A program made the position numbers and the translations under genes. 64,000 bases of DNA from Cetorhinus maximus (taxonomy: Eukaryota), in contig NC_135887.1 of the NCBI RefSeq assembly GCF_964194155.1, positions 15,934,001-15,998,000 on the forward strand. The letters run 5' to 3'. Under the pieces are notes generated by a model. The model made no database searches and had not been told where the DNA came from. It saw only the letters and a list, made by a program, of their open reading frames with translations. Below are positions 13,030 to 25,903 of this stretch, piece by piece (position 1 is the stretch's first letter; each line of letters starts with the position of its first letter).

Positions 13030-14830
13030 AAATTTTTTCATTCATTCATGGGTTGTGGGCTTCGCTGGCTTGGCCAGCATTTATTGCCCATCCCTAGTTG
13101 TCCTTGAGAAGGTGGTGGTGAGCTGCCTTCTTGAACCGCTGCAGTCCATGTGGTGTAGATACACCCACAGTGCTGTTAGGGAGGGAGTTCCAGGATTTTG
13201 ACCCAGCGAAAGTGAAGGAATAGCGATATGTTTCCAAGTCAGGACGGTGAGTGACTTGGAAGGGAATTTCCAGGTGGTGTTCCCATGTATCTGCTGCCCT
13301 TGTCCTTCTAGATTACAGCAGCCGAGGGTTTGGAAAGTGCTGTCTAAGGAGCCTTGGTGAGTTTCTGCAGTGTATCTTGTAGATGGTACACACTGCTGCT
13401 ACTATCTCAGCAGTGGGAATGAATGTTTGTGGATGCGGTGCCAATCAAGCAGGCTGCTTTGTCCTAGATGGTGTCAAACTTCTTGAATGTTGTGAGAGAT
13501 GCACTCATCCAGGCAAGTGGGGAGTATTCCATCACACTCCTGACTTGGCCTTGTAGGAGGAGGATAGACTTTGGGGAGTTAGGAGGTGAGTTACTCGTTG
13601 CAGGATTCCTAGTCTCTGACCTGCTCTTGTAGCCACAGTATTTACATGGTTTGTCCCGTTCAGTTTCTGGTCAATGGCAACACCAAGATGTTGATAGTGG
13701 GGGACTCAGCAATGGTAATGCCATTGAACATCAGGGGGCGATGGTTAGGCTCTCTTGTTGGACATGATCATTGTGTGGCACGAATGTTACTTGCCACTTG
13801 TCAGCCCAAGCCTGGATATTGTCCAGGTCTTGCTGCATTTGGACATATATCTGAGGGTATATCATAATATCGGAGGAGTTGAGAATGGTGAACATTGTGC
13901 AATCATCAGCGAACGTCCTCACCGTTGACCTTATGATGGAAAGATCATCATTGATAAAGCAGCTAATGACGACTGGACCCAGGACACTACCCTGAGGAAC
14001 TCCTGCAGTGATGTCCTGGAGCTGAGATGACTGACCTTCAACAAGCACAACCATCTTCCTTTGTGCTAGGTATGACTAACCAGTGGAGAGTTTCCCCACC
14101 CCCCCAATTCCCATTGACTGCAGTTTTGCTGGGGCTCCTTGATGCCACACTCGGTCAAATGCAGCCTTGATGTCAAGGGTAGACACTCCCACCTCACCTC
14201 GGAAGTCCAGCTCTTTTGTCTAAGGCTGTAATGAGGTCAGAAGCTGAATGACCCTGGCGGAACCCAAACTGGGCATGTGAGCAGGTTATTGCTACACAAG
14301 TGCTGCTTGATTGCACAGTTGACGACTCCTTCCATGACTTTACTGATGATGGAGAGTAGACTGATGGGGCAATAATTGACCAGTTGGATTTGTCCTGCTT
14401 TTCGTGTACAGGATATACCTGGGCAATTTTCCACATTGCTGGGTAGGTGCCAGTGTTATAGCTGTACTGGAACAGCTTGGCTAGGGGTGCTGCAAGTTCT
14501 GGAGCACAAGTCTTCAGTACTATTGCTAGAATATTGTCAGGGCCCATAGCCTTTGCAGTATCCAGTGCCTTCAGCTGTTTCTTGATGTCACATGGAGTGA
14601 ATCAAATTGGCTGAAGACTGGCATCTGTGATGCTGGGGACGTCCAGTGGAGGTCGAGATAGATCATCCACGTGGTACTTCTGGCTGAAGATTGTTGCAAA
14701 TGCTTCAGCCTTATCTTTGATGTGCTGGGCTCCCTCATCATTGAGGATGAGGATTTGTGCAGCCTCCTCTTCCAGCAAGTTGTTTAATTGTCCATCACCA
14801 TTCACGACCGGATGTGGGAGGACTGCAGAG
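13030..14830 (-). mobile_element. 5'-truncated non-LTR retrotransposon (CR1/L2 group), reverse transcriptase region decayed
   Basis: GPDNILAIVLKTCAPELAAPLAKLF, NYCPISLLSIISKVMEG, QFGFRQGHS, GVPQGSVLGP, FADD. 3' tail at about 13030. Confidence 0.92.
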
Positions 14831-15157
14831 TTTAAAACATAACAAACTAGACAACCTCAATACAATGATCAGGACAAAAGAAAAAAAAAACTCTGGTTCA
14901 GAAGATACAAGTTTTTGTCTCAAGTTGACTTTTGAGTGCCTTGATTTTACTTGCAACCCCAAGTATCTGGAGCACTATGTCTTCATTACACATCAAAATG
15001 ACTCCAAAGTATTGACACAATGGTAGCACTCATCTTTACACTAAGACTAAATTCAGTTGGGGAAAGAGCAGTCAAAATGAAAAATGCAGGCTATAATTAT
15101 TTATTTTTCTGATATGAATCACAATTAAACAAAGGTCAGGATATTAAATGTACCTAC

Positions 15158-15265
15158 CCTGTAGCAAGAACACTACCATCTGGAGAAAAGGCACAACATA
15201 GTCCATTACTTAGAGGAGCAACTTCTACTGGGCAATTGTCATCAATCCCCCAGAATCTCACCATT
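15158..15265 (-). CDS. WSB1: WSB1 coding exon 8
   Basis: KMVRFWGIDDNCPVEVAPLSNGLCCAFSPDGSVLATG. Acceptor tttcag, donor gtaggt. Confidence 0.96.
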
Positions 15266-17093
15266 CTGAAATGAACAAAATTTGTCAGTTTTACACAAGT
15301 AATAAATAATATAAAGGTTTACAAGTAGTGCACATATTTTGGAGCAATGGCAGCCTAACAATTTTTGTGCCAACATAAATTGCTGCCAGACTGGACAAGT
15401 CCCAAACAATTTTCACTGGATTAGATCCGAAGAATATCACTTGTCCCACTGAAGAGCTGTGTGGTCTTAATTATGCGGCAGCAATAAAAAAAACATTTTA
15501 CAGGAAGAGAAGCAATATCTCTTTATGTGCACTGCATTTTTGATGAACCCTCACAATTACAGCACACTAAGTTCAAACAAAACTTTCTGAACATCTAATC
15601 TTCCATCAGTCAGACTTCAAAGTCAGAAGTGTAGATTAAAATTTCAAGATAAAGCCTTGAAATTTTTAGGTATGAAAAATTTATGGCTTTATGGAGTCAC
15701 AAAATTGCTGCACGTGTAAGCTCACCAAGGCTAGCAAAGATCATTTCATGATTAGAATTAATCTAATAGAAATACTGGTATAGAAGGTATTTCAGCATCA
15801 ACTTTATAGTAGGAAGCATGAGAAAAAAAAAATCACTCAAGTACAAAAGTAATGGAATTTATCAAAGGGATAAAAGGTCAGTTTAATTCTATAAATATAT
15901 TTGGAGTACATTTGAAAATATTTTCATTTTCCAGCTAATATTACAAAAATCATGTTAAAGGGGTTGAAAAAAAAATGTTTTCAACACCAAGCAGAATCAG
16001 CAGGCTGACCATATTCGTCTGCATATCTGATCAAGGGGCTAAGAACCAAAACAGCTATTGGGTTTATAAAATGAAATAAAAACTTGGGATAGGCCTAGGA
16101 TCTAAAGTCACTTCAACCTTTTTTTTTTAAAATGAATAAGAATAGTTCAGCTTGCCTTTCCAATTCTAAAACTAAAAATAGACTGCTCAGATACAGCCAA
16201 CGACAAATTAAACCTTTGCAATAGCTTTCTGTAGTCAAACTACTTCTGGCCCGATCCAGTTCCAACTCAAAAATAATCCAAATGACTGCCCTTCAGCTAC
16301 TTTATCCCCAGAGGCAAACCAGATAGCAATTCATAAACATCAAAATACAATGAACATGCATTCCTTTGAGGCAAAGATTGAAACACGTGTCATAACACCA
16401 ATACACTGTCCATTATCAATTCTGCAGTATTCTACTTCCTGTATTTACAAATAGAATCCCAATTTTTCCGAGCCCTTCATACACTAAAAGGATGTGTGGA
16501 AGGGATCTACTTCAGTCAACTGCTTATGATGAACTATCTGAATGACATGGGACAAATTTCCAATTCTTCCACTGGTTTCCACCACAGGGTTCAGCTGTTT
16601 GAATTAACTCTCAAATTTCAAGTGTGTGCCCATAGACAAATTATTCAGACGATCTCTCAAGCTGTGCTGCCTTACGAATTGGCAGACATCTTCCTGCGCA
16701 AACTACTCCAATGCAGAGGGATGGCATGCAAATTACTCTGACCAAAGTAGTCAAATAGCATTTTATACACATAGGTTTTAGCTGTTTTGAAACATGTTAA
16801 AAGTGGCTCAACTAAAATAAATTTTTGGTATCCTGTGTGTTCTTCAACACCACAAATCATGGTTAGTTAAAAATCAGACTACCACAACTCAAATGAATGA
16901 AAACGAACACAACCGTTCATTTGTACACAGCCTTTGTCTGCTTAAATAAATCATCAAGATTTACATGGGAAATTCTGATGGCAGCAGGAATTCCTTTAGT
17001 TTCCACTTCTCACTTTATGCCGACCGACCCCCACCCCCAAAAAAAAATTTTTGGCTCCACCGCAGTAATTTAAGGTACTTAACGTTCACTTAC

Positions 17094-17207
17094 TTGTCAT
17101 CAGCAATGCTGGCAATGTGCAAACCATCATGGCAAAAGGCAACAGATCTCACCCAGCGATCATTTGCTCCACCAGCAAATATTGGAGTGGGAGGTGGAAA
17201 CAGATGT
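17094..17207 (-). CDS. WSB1: WSB1 coding exon 7
   Basis: HLFPPPTPIFAGGANDRWVRSVAFCHDGLHIASIADD. Acceptor tttacag, donor gtaagt. Confidence 0.96.
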
Positions 17208-18084
17208 CTGTAAAGGCAGAGGAGAAAAAGTCCAATTCATTAAAATATCCTAACTTTTCCCATTTACAAATGAATTACAAGGCATGTGCTGTATTGCACT
17301 AACACAAAGTAAAACTTTTGGGTCAAATAATTAAAAGGAAAGTTTAATGCCACAATCTTTAGCGAAAAGCCAGGTACTAAAAAGTTCAGCTGAGCGGTTT
17401 TGAATTCTCACAATGAAACGAATCCACTTACCCCCAATTCATACTCCCAAATGATAAAGTTCAATGTTTGATGGCAGAAACTTTAATTCGCATGTACAAA
17501 TCTTAGCTAGTTTGTATAACAGTAAAACTTCACAGCCACAAGATTCAACAGTTAAATGCACCCAGGCAGAAATTTCATTTAAAATAAGTAATTAAAGTCA
17601 ACAAAAATTGATAATTCAGGTTGGTCCATAGGTTGTTTAAAAGCATAAACTCCTTGTGAACATTTTTTGCCAAGTCAATAATACCAGATATTTCTCTCAC
17701 CTCCTTTGCCAATAGACCCGCATAGATCAATTTATGGGGACGGATGGAATACATATAGGTTTGGATGTTATAATTAATATTACTGTACATTTCCAACTAG
17801 CTTACATGAAGTTGGTTCAAATTTTAAACATGGGAAACCTGGTTCTTCAGTATTTCTTGCATGTCTTGCAAATTCCAAATGAAGTGCAAATGAAGCGCAT
17901 TAAAGTAATAGTGAGCATAATATTCAAATATAAACACGATCAAGCTTCTACAGACCCAAACATGAATCAACACCTCCAGGAAGGGATGGGAAAGAGATTC
18001 AACTGGTCACACAGTGCTTATACACAATTAGGACATTCCCTGTTGCATTATCCCATAATGGGAAAGGTTGCTGTGGTCACTCAC

Positions 18085-18257
18085 CCCAACTCCAACAAAA
18101 TATTGCCTTTATGTGGATCCCAGACAATAACTCGTGTATCATATGAGGCTGTAGCCAATAATGCTCCATCAGGAGAGAATTCACATGATACCACATCATT
18201 AAGATGACCTTCAAGTTTACGAATCATAGTGTAACTTTCCATGTTCCAAAGAAAAAC
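18085..18257 (-). CDS. WSB1: WSB1 coding exon 6 (WD40 repeat)
   Basis: VFLWNMESYTMIRKLEGHLNDVVSCEFSPDGALLATASYDTRVIVWDPHKGNILLELG. Acceptor ttgcag, donor gtgagt. Confidence 0.97.
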
Positions 18258-21200
18258 CTGCAATGAGAGAGTCATGCTTTACAGCTCCAGTTTATGGTTA
18301 ATCATCCCAAACAAGGTCTAGTTAATTTATAACTTATGACAGGTTTAGTATAAATTCTCATACAATCAAGCAATTTGAGTTATACAGTACTTCCAATTGA
18401 TATGCTCAGTGTCATAACTGCAACTAAAAATTTTAAAAAGCGATATTTGCAACATGCCAGCTATAACTCTATTTATTCTAAATAAAGCATCCAACATTTT
18501 ACTTTCCAAACATCCTCAAAGGACGCCTATATATTTTAAACAATTTTAAAAATTTCTTTTAATTACATCTCCCAATTGAAATTTAATTCTTCAGTAACAT
18601 AAAATATATGTAGAAAAAATACAGTACAGGTAACTTAAGCATAACATTTTGTTACTCCAACGGAACCTCCATTCAGAGTTAAAGTTCACGTGTGTTTACA
18701 AAACGTATTCATCAGGAGCGAGAGCCTATGAAACAGCAGATACTGCAAGAGAAAAGAACATGTTTGACGGCCTAAAGGAACAATCCTTTGGCAAACAGCA
18801 CAAAACTGAGGCTACATTACATTTAGGGATACATTATTACAATTACAACGGTACATTAACCAGATGATTCAATTTCAGAAACTACAGGGTGCAAAATATT
18901 ACAAATACATTATGTTGTGTGATCTATTATACATATGATTTTTGATGAGAACAGATTAATCCTCAATTTCTCCACCCTTCCCGTGGACCTAGTGGGCCAT
19001 ATACCCCTCCAGTAGGTAAAGAGAATAGGTGATCTGTTCCCAAGCATCTCTTAGTTCCGCTCAAGAAGTGATTAATTGCAACGGACTCCTCCCCTCCTTC
19101 AGAATGGAGCCACCTGGCACCTCCTGTAGCCATATTGAAGTTATTTTCAGAACTGTGCTTTCTCTACCTCTGAACAAAGTGGCAATGCACATAGTTATGG
19201 CAAAGTCTGGGTAGTTTTTTTGCTCAAGCATCAGTGTGAATTAGCTTTAAAAGATAGAATTCAAGGTCAGATACATGTGGCTCCAGTGGAGTACTAACTC
19301 AAAAACCAAACAACCCCCACCCAAATGTATGATACAAGGAAGAATTAGAGAATACTACAAATCTGAATTTCCCCTTTGGCCATTCAAAATAATCTGCTGA
19401 AAGTATTGTTTTAAAAAAAAATTGTTCTAAATCAAAAAGTGTGGTGGGATTTTATACAAAGTTACTTATGGAGTCAAACAAATACTTGGTCACAATTATA
19501 ACTGATTTTAAATAAGGATAGCTATTTTGTGTGTTTCTTCTTTGTATACAAAGATAGCAAACTGATTTCAGGTCTTCAAAAATTACAATATTTTATTGAT
19601 GTTGCTATCACAGGCAAAACGCTATATACCTTCAACACTACTACTTTCTCTCCTGAAATCTGACTTGCGCTGGGAGACAGTTTCTCAGGCACTGGCTACC
19701 CTCCAGTTCCACACCAAAGTAACCGCTCAAGTGCTAATCTAGACAGCAAGTGCCAAAGAGCTGGAGTGTATCACAGCATAGCACAATCCTATCCTCACCA
19801 GAACTCCATGCACGCATGCTTATTGTGAGGGCTGTGATCAAAAGGCAGGACTCTTGACAAATTTCCCCCACTCATCTCAGGGATGGCAAGACCAAACGTA
19901 GCAGCCTTAACACTGCCTTGGCCAAAAATCAGCTAACACAGCACAGACCAAAGATTGAACCTGGGACCTCCTTGGTGTGTCCCAGCTACTCAGTGGACAA
20001 ATTCACTGACCATCAGTGGAGTCCAGGCTCATTAATCTACTCTCCAAGAGAATGTAATTTGACAGCAGAAATTGATTTAGTACTGATTTCATTTAACCTC
20101 CAACTACAATACACAGATGGTCACTTTACAACATTGCACATTTCTACATTCTTTGGAAATAGAAATAAAATGAAGCTCTACCATACACACTGTGTATTTA
20201 AAACAGCATTCATAGTAGGCAGCCCAGCGATGTAGCAGGCTGGTGCTCCAATGGGAGTTTTACAACATAGGTTCACACTTGTGATTGCCCACGCAGCATT
20301 CCCGATTTTACCCGGGCTGTCTGGGGGAAGAACCAAGCTGAAGTCAAGTCCCTCCCAATAAGGAGGGAGAGGGAGGGAAAAAAAAAAGCAAAAAAAAACA
20401 AGGAAGTTATCCTGGGCTGCTCACACACACCTTCTGGTAACATTGTCAGAGGCCAGGGAGCAGGTCGCCTGCCCACCCTCTGCCAGGAATGGTACATGCT
20501 GCGGGAGATCTAAAGAGGAAAAAAATACTTAGTAAAATGGGGGGAAAATGGTTAAATATTCCTGTTAAAATGTTCAGCAGTACGTCGTTATCCATAACTA
20601 ATAAGAACAGACACGAAGAAACCGGCCAATTCACATTACTGGTTTTGAAAGATCACTACAGTCCAAGATAAGTCAGAATAGAGACAGTATTGTGAAAATT
20701 ATATGTCCTGCAAAAGCTTACAAGAGTCATTGAAAACAGTCTAGGGGTTGCTGCCCATGTGCTTGCCAGCCCACAATTTCTCCCCATTTACTTTAAATTG
20801 ATAGGAAAATCCGTGTGCAGAAGCCAAAACCCATAGCCAGGTAATTTTAAATAAGAATCAAACTCACCACAATCTGCCAAACTAGGAGGCTTTGGGTGCT
20901 TAAATTTTGCATAAAAATATAACAAATGGGGGCATCAACCAGCACCTGCCTTACTCATCCATCTTTGGTAAACATTGACGAGCCTTGTAGTCAGTGATGC
21001 TACCCTTCTACACAGCTACTACTCTTGCTACTAGATGCTACTACACCTCTTGTGCAGCATGACTGGACAGGTAAGCATCAACTTCAATGACATCAACACA
21101 GCTGCCACTACCTCTGGCAGAGAAAACAAAGGAAAACCACAATTGTAAACCGACAACTAAAAGGGGGTTAAAATAGCTACACTTAAATATGCAATCTATT

Positions 21201-23806
21201 AACATGGGCTCCCCTAATAACCAAGTGGAGAAGTGTATTGCTTACTGAGAAACTGAGCCATTTAACCAAAAGTCCAGGTTCCACGACTTGTGAATGATGA
21301 GCTTACTGTCGTTTCAGGGAGAGAGGCAACACTACAATTGACCTCAGTTTTTTTAAAAATAAAAGGTTAAAGAAAGGAAGGAGAGAAGCAAAAAAGCAGA
21401 ACTAAAGTAGTTTACAGCACAGAAGGAACCCATCTGGCTCTTGTGTGAGAGTTCTTTGAACAGTGAGACTTCTAATCTTAGTAGTGATTCCTTCTGACTA
21501 GAAGGATGGACCATAAGGAACTGGGCTTGGCTATATTACCACCCTACGGCTAAATGCCCACTGTCTAGGCTCCCATTAATGGTTACTTGGACAAGGCACT
21601 CCAGGATGGTGCTTCTGGATATTTACCCCAAACATGAGTCTTAACCTTTTTTGGTGGGTAGTGGTGAAGAGGGTATGGCTAGTTTGGTAACACTAACAGG
21701 AATTTCACCAATTTATGAGGATCTCTCTACTCAGCTGGCAACTTCAATGGCAAGTAAACATTAAATTCACAAATACATTTACTTGATCAGAATGCTACAA
21801 TAACATGAAAATTTACCATTTCAGCCATTTCTAGCTACCACTATATTTCCATTTCAGTAATTCTATTGGACCACAGTTAAGCTAAAAGCTACACTCAACC
21901 TTTCTTCAAAAAGGAGCCACTACCAAAGATGTGGAAGCAAAAGTTTACATTTCAGGAGTAGGCGCCCAAAAAAGGTCCAACAGAAAGATTTTAAAAATGG
22001 TACATGGATTTTGCTCAATCCAAATGATTGGCAGCACTTGAAGCCGCACAGAATAAAAAGACAAAATGTTATGCTTTTCTGTATTAACACCTAGAAAGTA
22101 ACTGAAGACATGATTCCAGGTTTTAAAAGAAAGTCAATTTTGAGGTTCGTTTTCCCCTTTCGCCAAATGAACTCTAAGCAATCCCGAAACATAAACTGAA
22201 GTTCCACAGCTTGAAGATACAAGAGCCTGCATTATTTACAATTTGAAGTTTGACTATTGGATTTTAGAAGCTCTTCAAAATTCTGAAGCACTATTCATCA
22301 TAAATTTGATCACGTGATACTGAACAGTACCACAAGCTGGCCAAACAGTACACAACTGAAAATTATTACACTATTAAAAAAGAGCTACACTATTGTAAAC
22401 AGGTGGAAATGTTCTGTTTAGGTGAACATTCTTGTGGGTCACAAATCAAACACTTGGAATAATTGTTAAGTGATCATGCCAAATGAAGCCGCTATACTAC
22501 AATTTAAAGCTTAATTTAAAAAAAGAGCATCCCTTCATAATTCTCACTTCACTTTCAAATGCTCGTTTCCAATAAATCAAGCAGACATGAGCCCAATTTT
22601 AGACTGCTTGCACAAGCATTTTCCGCAGCTTGCTAACAAAAGAGGTTGTACAAACATCAGAGAAATGCACCTGATGTGATCTTACGTAGTATTTTTCTTG
22701 CGAAAAGATATTATTGAACTTCACAGTTCTTTACAAGGCTGTGTACAGAATCATAAGGGAGGTTATAGTTATTTTATTTATTACACTGCATCAAAAATTT
22801 ATACAATTTAAAGAAGTGACCTGCACAATGCAGCAACTTGGGCATTCCAACATACCTTAGGTTGGTTGAACACAGAAGCTCCCAATTAGAACCAACTGTT
22901 TTAGGAAAATGTCTTATGGATCCTATATGTTTGCCTACAGGGGTTTGGGGTGGTGGGTGGAGGGTGTAGAGCTAATCACCCAGAGACACACTTACACAAT
23001 AAACAGGGCATGCCCATTCGTTCCCTAAATTTTATGATTTGATTTGGCAGAAGCCTCGAAATAGGTTCCTCATCTATCCTCTTGTTCAGACACAGCAGAA
23101 AAAGAATAAACCAGCCAGCAGATCAGGAGACATTTAGTTTTTTGGCGAAAAAGGAGAAAATTCATCACTGCAGGTATTTCAAAATTCTCTTAGCATTGAA
23201 CGATGAAATAGTAAATAAAAAGTAAGCCTCTTCTTTTCCACTCCCCAAGTTTTTAATGGCAATAATTTCAATAGCAAGCTGGTGTTTATAAATGCTGCAT
23301 CTAAATCACAATGCTATTAGAAAGTTGGTCCAGAACCACACAAGGAAGTTTTTATTAAAATCAGTGCATGAACATGAAGTCACATCCAATAGTCAAACCA
23401 GAGGATATTTTCAAACATATCCTGCATACATGCTCTACAGCAAGGCGCCAAAAACTTATTTTTAAAAAAGCAGCTTTTAATAATTTCTTAATTATAGGCA
23501 CTATGCTAATATGCAGTAATACAGCCCGAGGATGGACTAGCAGAATGCTAATACCATCATTAAAGCTTGGTTCTAACATTTTTGAGTTATGCATTCTGAA
23601 AGATTCCTGCAATGCTATTGTGCACATAATACTTGCATAACTAAAATATATTTTGATGACACCGAGCAAGTTCTAACTCTACAAGTACGTTTCAGGTCGA
23701 TTTAGGGATTCTAAAACAAAATCAACACAACCACATGCTAGATTACAAGCACTGATTAATGCATCAAACATCATTTTTCTTTAAAAAGAGGAACTTCAAC
23801 ACATAC

Positions 23807-23907
23807 CGCTTTTCCAGCTCCAACAGAGCAAAGAATAGTTGAATCTGGAGAAAAGGCACAGCAATACACCCAGTTGTGATGTCCCCTCAGTACAGTCACC
23901 ATATTGC
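23807..23907 (-). CDS. WSB1: WSB1 coding exon 5 (WD40 repeat)
   Basis: Translated by hand as GNMVTVLRGHHNWVYCCAFSPDSTILCSVGAGKA. Acceptor ttttacag, donor gtatgt. Not in the ORF track. Confidence 0.95.
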
Positions 23908-25370
23908 CTGTAAAAGAGTAATTAGAGATAATTGAACCTAATGTTTAAGATGGTCCAGCCCAATCAAACAATATGGAGCCTTTGCCTTGGTCTATGTTTC
24001 TCAGTACAAAACTAAAGCAGAGGCATTCAAAAATATCTCCCTTCAGGAAAAGGACAGACCAACCTTCCAATTTAATTTGTCCAATGGCACCTGAGCAGGA
24101 ATGAAGGAGCTGGTAATCATTAAGAAATCCAAAACTATCAATTTGCAGCTCCAAATCTGAAAATTGTGCCAAATGATGTGCTGATATATCATAACTTGCA
24201 CAGATGAGCTAGATAGGCCTAATATAACTGGTAGTTGGGAGGTCATTATGCCTGTTTTCACACTGTTCCTGCACCATTGGACAAGTAGTACTGTGGCCTG
24301 ACAAAGGTTTCAAGGCAAGTGCAGCTTGTGAATGTGGAAAGCGCAGTTCAGAATGAAAAAAATGTACCTAAACACCACCCTGATCCAAACCTTGGTCACA
24401 GTGTGGTCTGGTACTGATCAAAACGTTTCAAGTTGGCAACTCAAATCTTGAGAAGCTTCAGGGGCAGAGGAGGAATGATTCCCTTTTCAGGGGAAAATAA
24501 TCATGCAAGATTTCCACCACAAGGAATGCAACACATTAAGAAAATTGACAATTTATCAACAAAGGCTTCTTCTTCATTTTTGCTCATGACTTTCAATTGA
24601 TAGTAATGCAATAAGTAATACGACAGGAAAACACCACCCTGGTCAATTTTCTCCCCTTAGCTGAGGGAGTTCAGAGTGTCCTGCACATTTATAATGGAAA
24701 ATCTGGTTATCAAAACATGAGAATATAGGAATGGGAGTAAACCATTCAGGCCTTTGAGCCTGTTCCACATTTCAGTATGAAATATCTGTACCTCAGCTGC
24801 ATTTCCCTTAGTACCCTTACTTAAAAACATACAAATTGAAGACTTCAAAATTTGAATTAACCCAGCATTTACAACCTTTTGAGGAAGAGTGTACCATATT
24901 TCCACTACCCTTCCTGTGAATAAGTGCTTCTGATTTAATTTTAAAAGGCCTAGCTCTGATTTTAAGATGTCCCCTTTGCTCTAGATTCCCTCCATTGGGG
25001 TAAAGAGTTTGTGTATTTACCTTATTGAATCTGTGTCATTTTCAAACTCTCAATTAGCTTCCCTTTTAAACTCAAAAGTTCTTAAAACCTATCCTCAGAA
25101 TTTTACTCTTTACAATTGATGTATTGCATCTGCGTTTTACCCCTCCATAGTCAAATGATCTTCCCCAAGGTGAGCTCCCAAAAATGAACAGTGCTGCAGG
25201 TGGTGTTTGCACAATGGAATTCCAATCCCCTTGACTTAAAGGCCATTATTCTTTAATTAAAGATAAAACAGGTAGGACAAATACAAACTTCCAGCCGTCT
25301 GCAGTTAACTTTTAAAAAAGGAATATTACTCACAAAATTGATGCAAGTGTAATTTAAAAAAAAAACATAC

Positions 25371-25502
25371 CATCATCCTTAAGATCCCAGACCCTCAGAG
25401 TTTTATCTCTTGATGCAGATACCAAGATAAGGCTGCCATCAGGTGCAAATGTCAGATCACGAACAACTTCATTGTGATCCATCAAATTAAGGAGGAATTT
25501 AC
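25371..25502 (-). CDS. WSB1: WSB1 coding exon 4 (WD40 repeat)
   Basis: GKFLLNLMDHNEVVRDLTFAPDGSLILVSASRDKTLRVWDLKDD. Acceptor ttgcag, donor gtatgt. Confidence 0.97.
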
Positions 25503-25549
25503 CTGCAACATGAAGATTATACAGAATTTCAAGCATCTGAAAGGTTGCA

Positions 25550-25903
25550 AACTGAAGGCAGTGATTCCATCGTGTCTTTAGCCGACGTCAGGAGGAGAAT
25601 GAAGAGCTGGAGAACGAAGCCTGCGCCGTTTTAGGCGGTAGCGACTCCAATAGATGCTCATATTCGGACGGCCATGTGTAAAAACAGGTATTGTATGCTT
25701 GCAATACTTGTACACCAAAAGGAGGACAGCCTGCTGGCGTCTGTCTAGCTTGTAGCTACAAGTGTCATGAAGGCCATGAGCTGTTTGAATTGTACACTAA
25801 AAGAAACTTTCGTTGTGATTGTGGGAACAGCAAGTTTAATAATCTGCAGTGCAAGTTTTTCTCGGAAAAAGAAAAAGCAAATTATGGCAATAAATATAAT
25901 GAT
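25550..25903 (+). pseudogene. UBR7: Processed pseudogene fragment of UBR7 (N-terminal UBR-box region)
   Basis: IVSLADV/EENEELENEACAVLGGSDSNRCSYSDGHV*KQVLYACNTCTPKGGQPAGVCLACSYKCHEGHELFELYTKRNFRCDCGNSKFNNLQCKFFSEKEKANYGNKYND matches UBR7. Intronless, frameshift near 25590, in-frame TAA at 25679-25681. Confidence 0.92.

Noticed and set aside
17734-18207. 157-aa ORF on the plus strand
   Set aside because: Antisense to WSB1 exon 6 and intron 6, with no recognisable domain.
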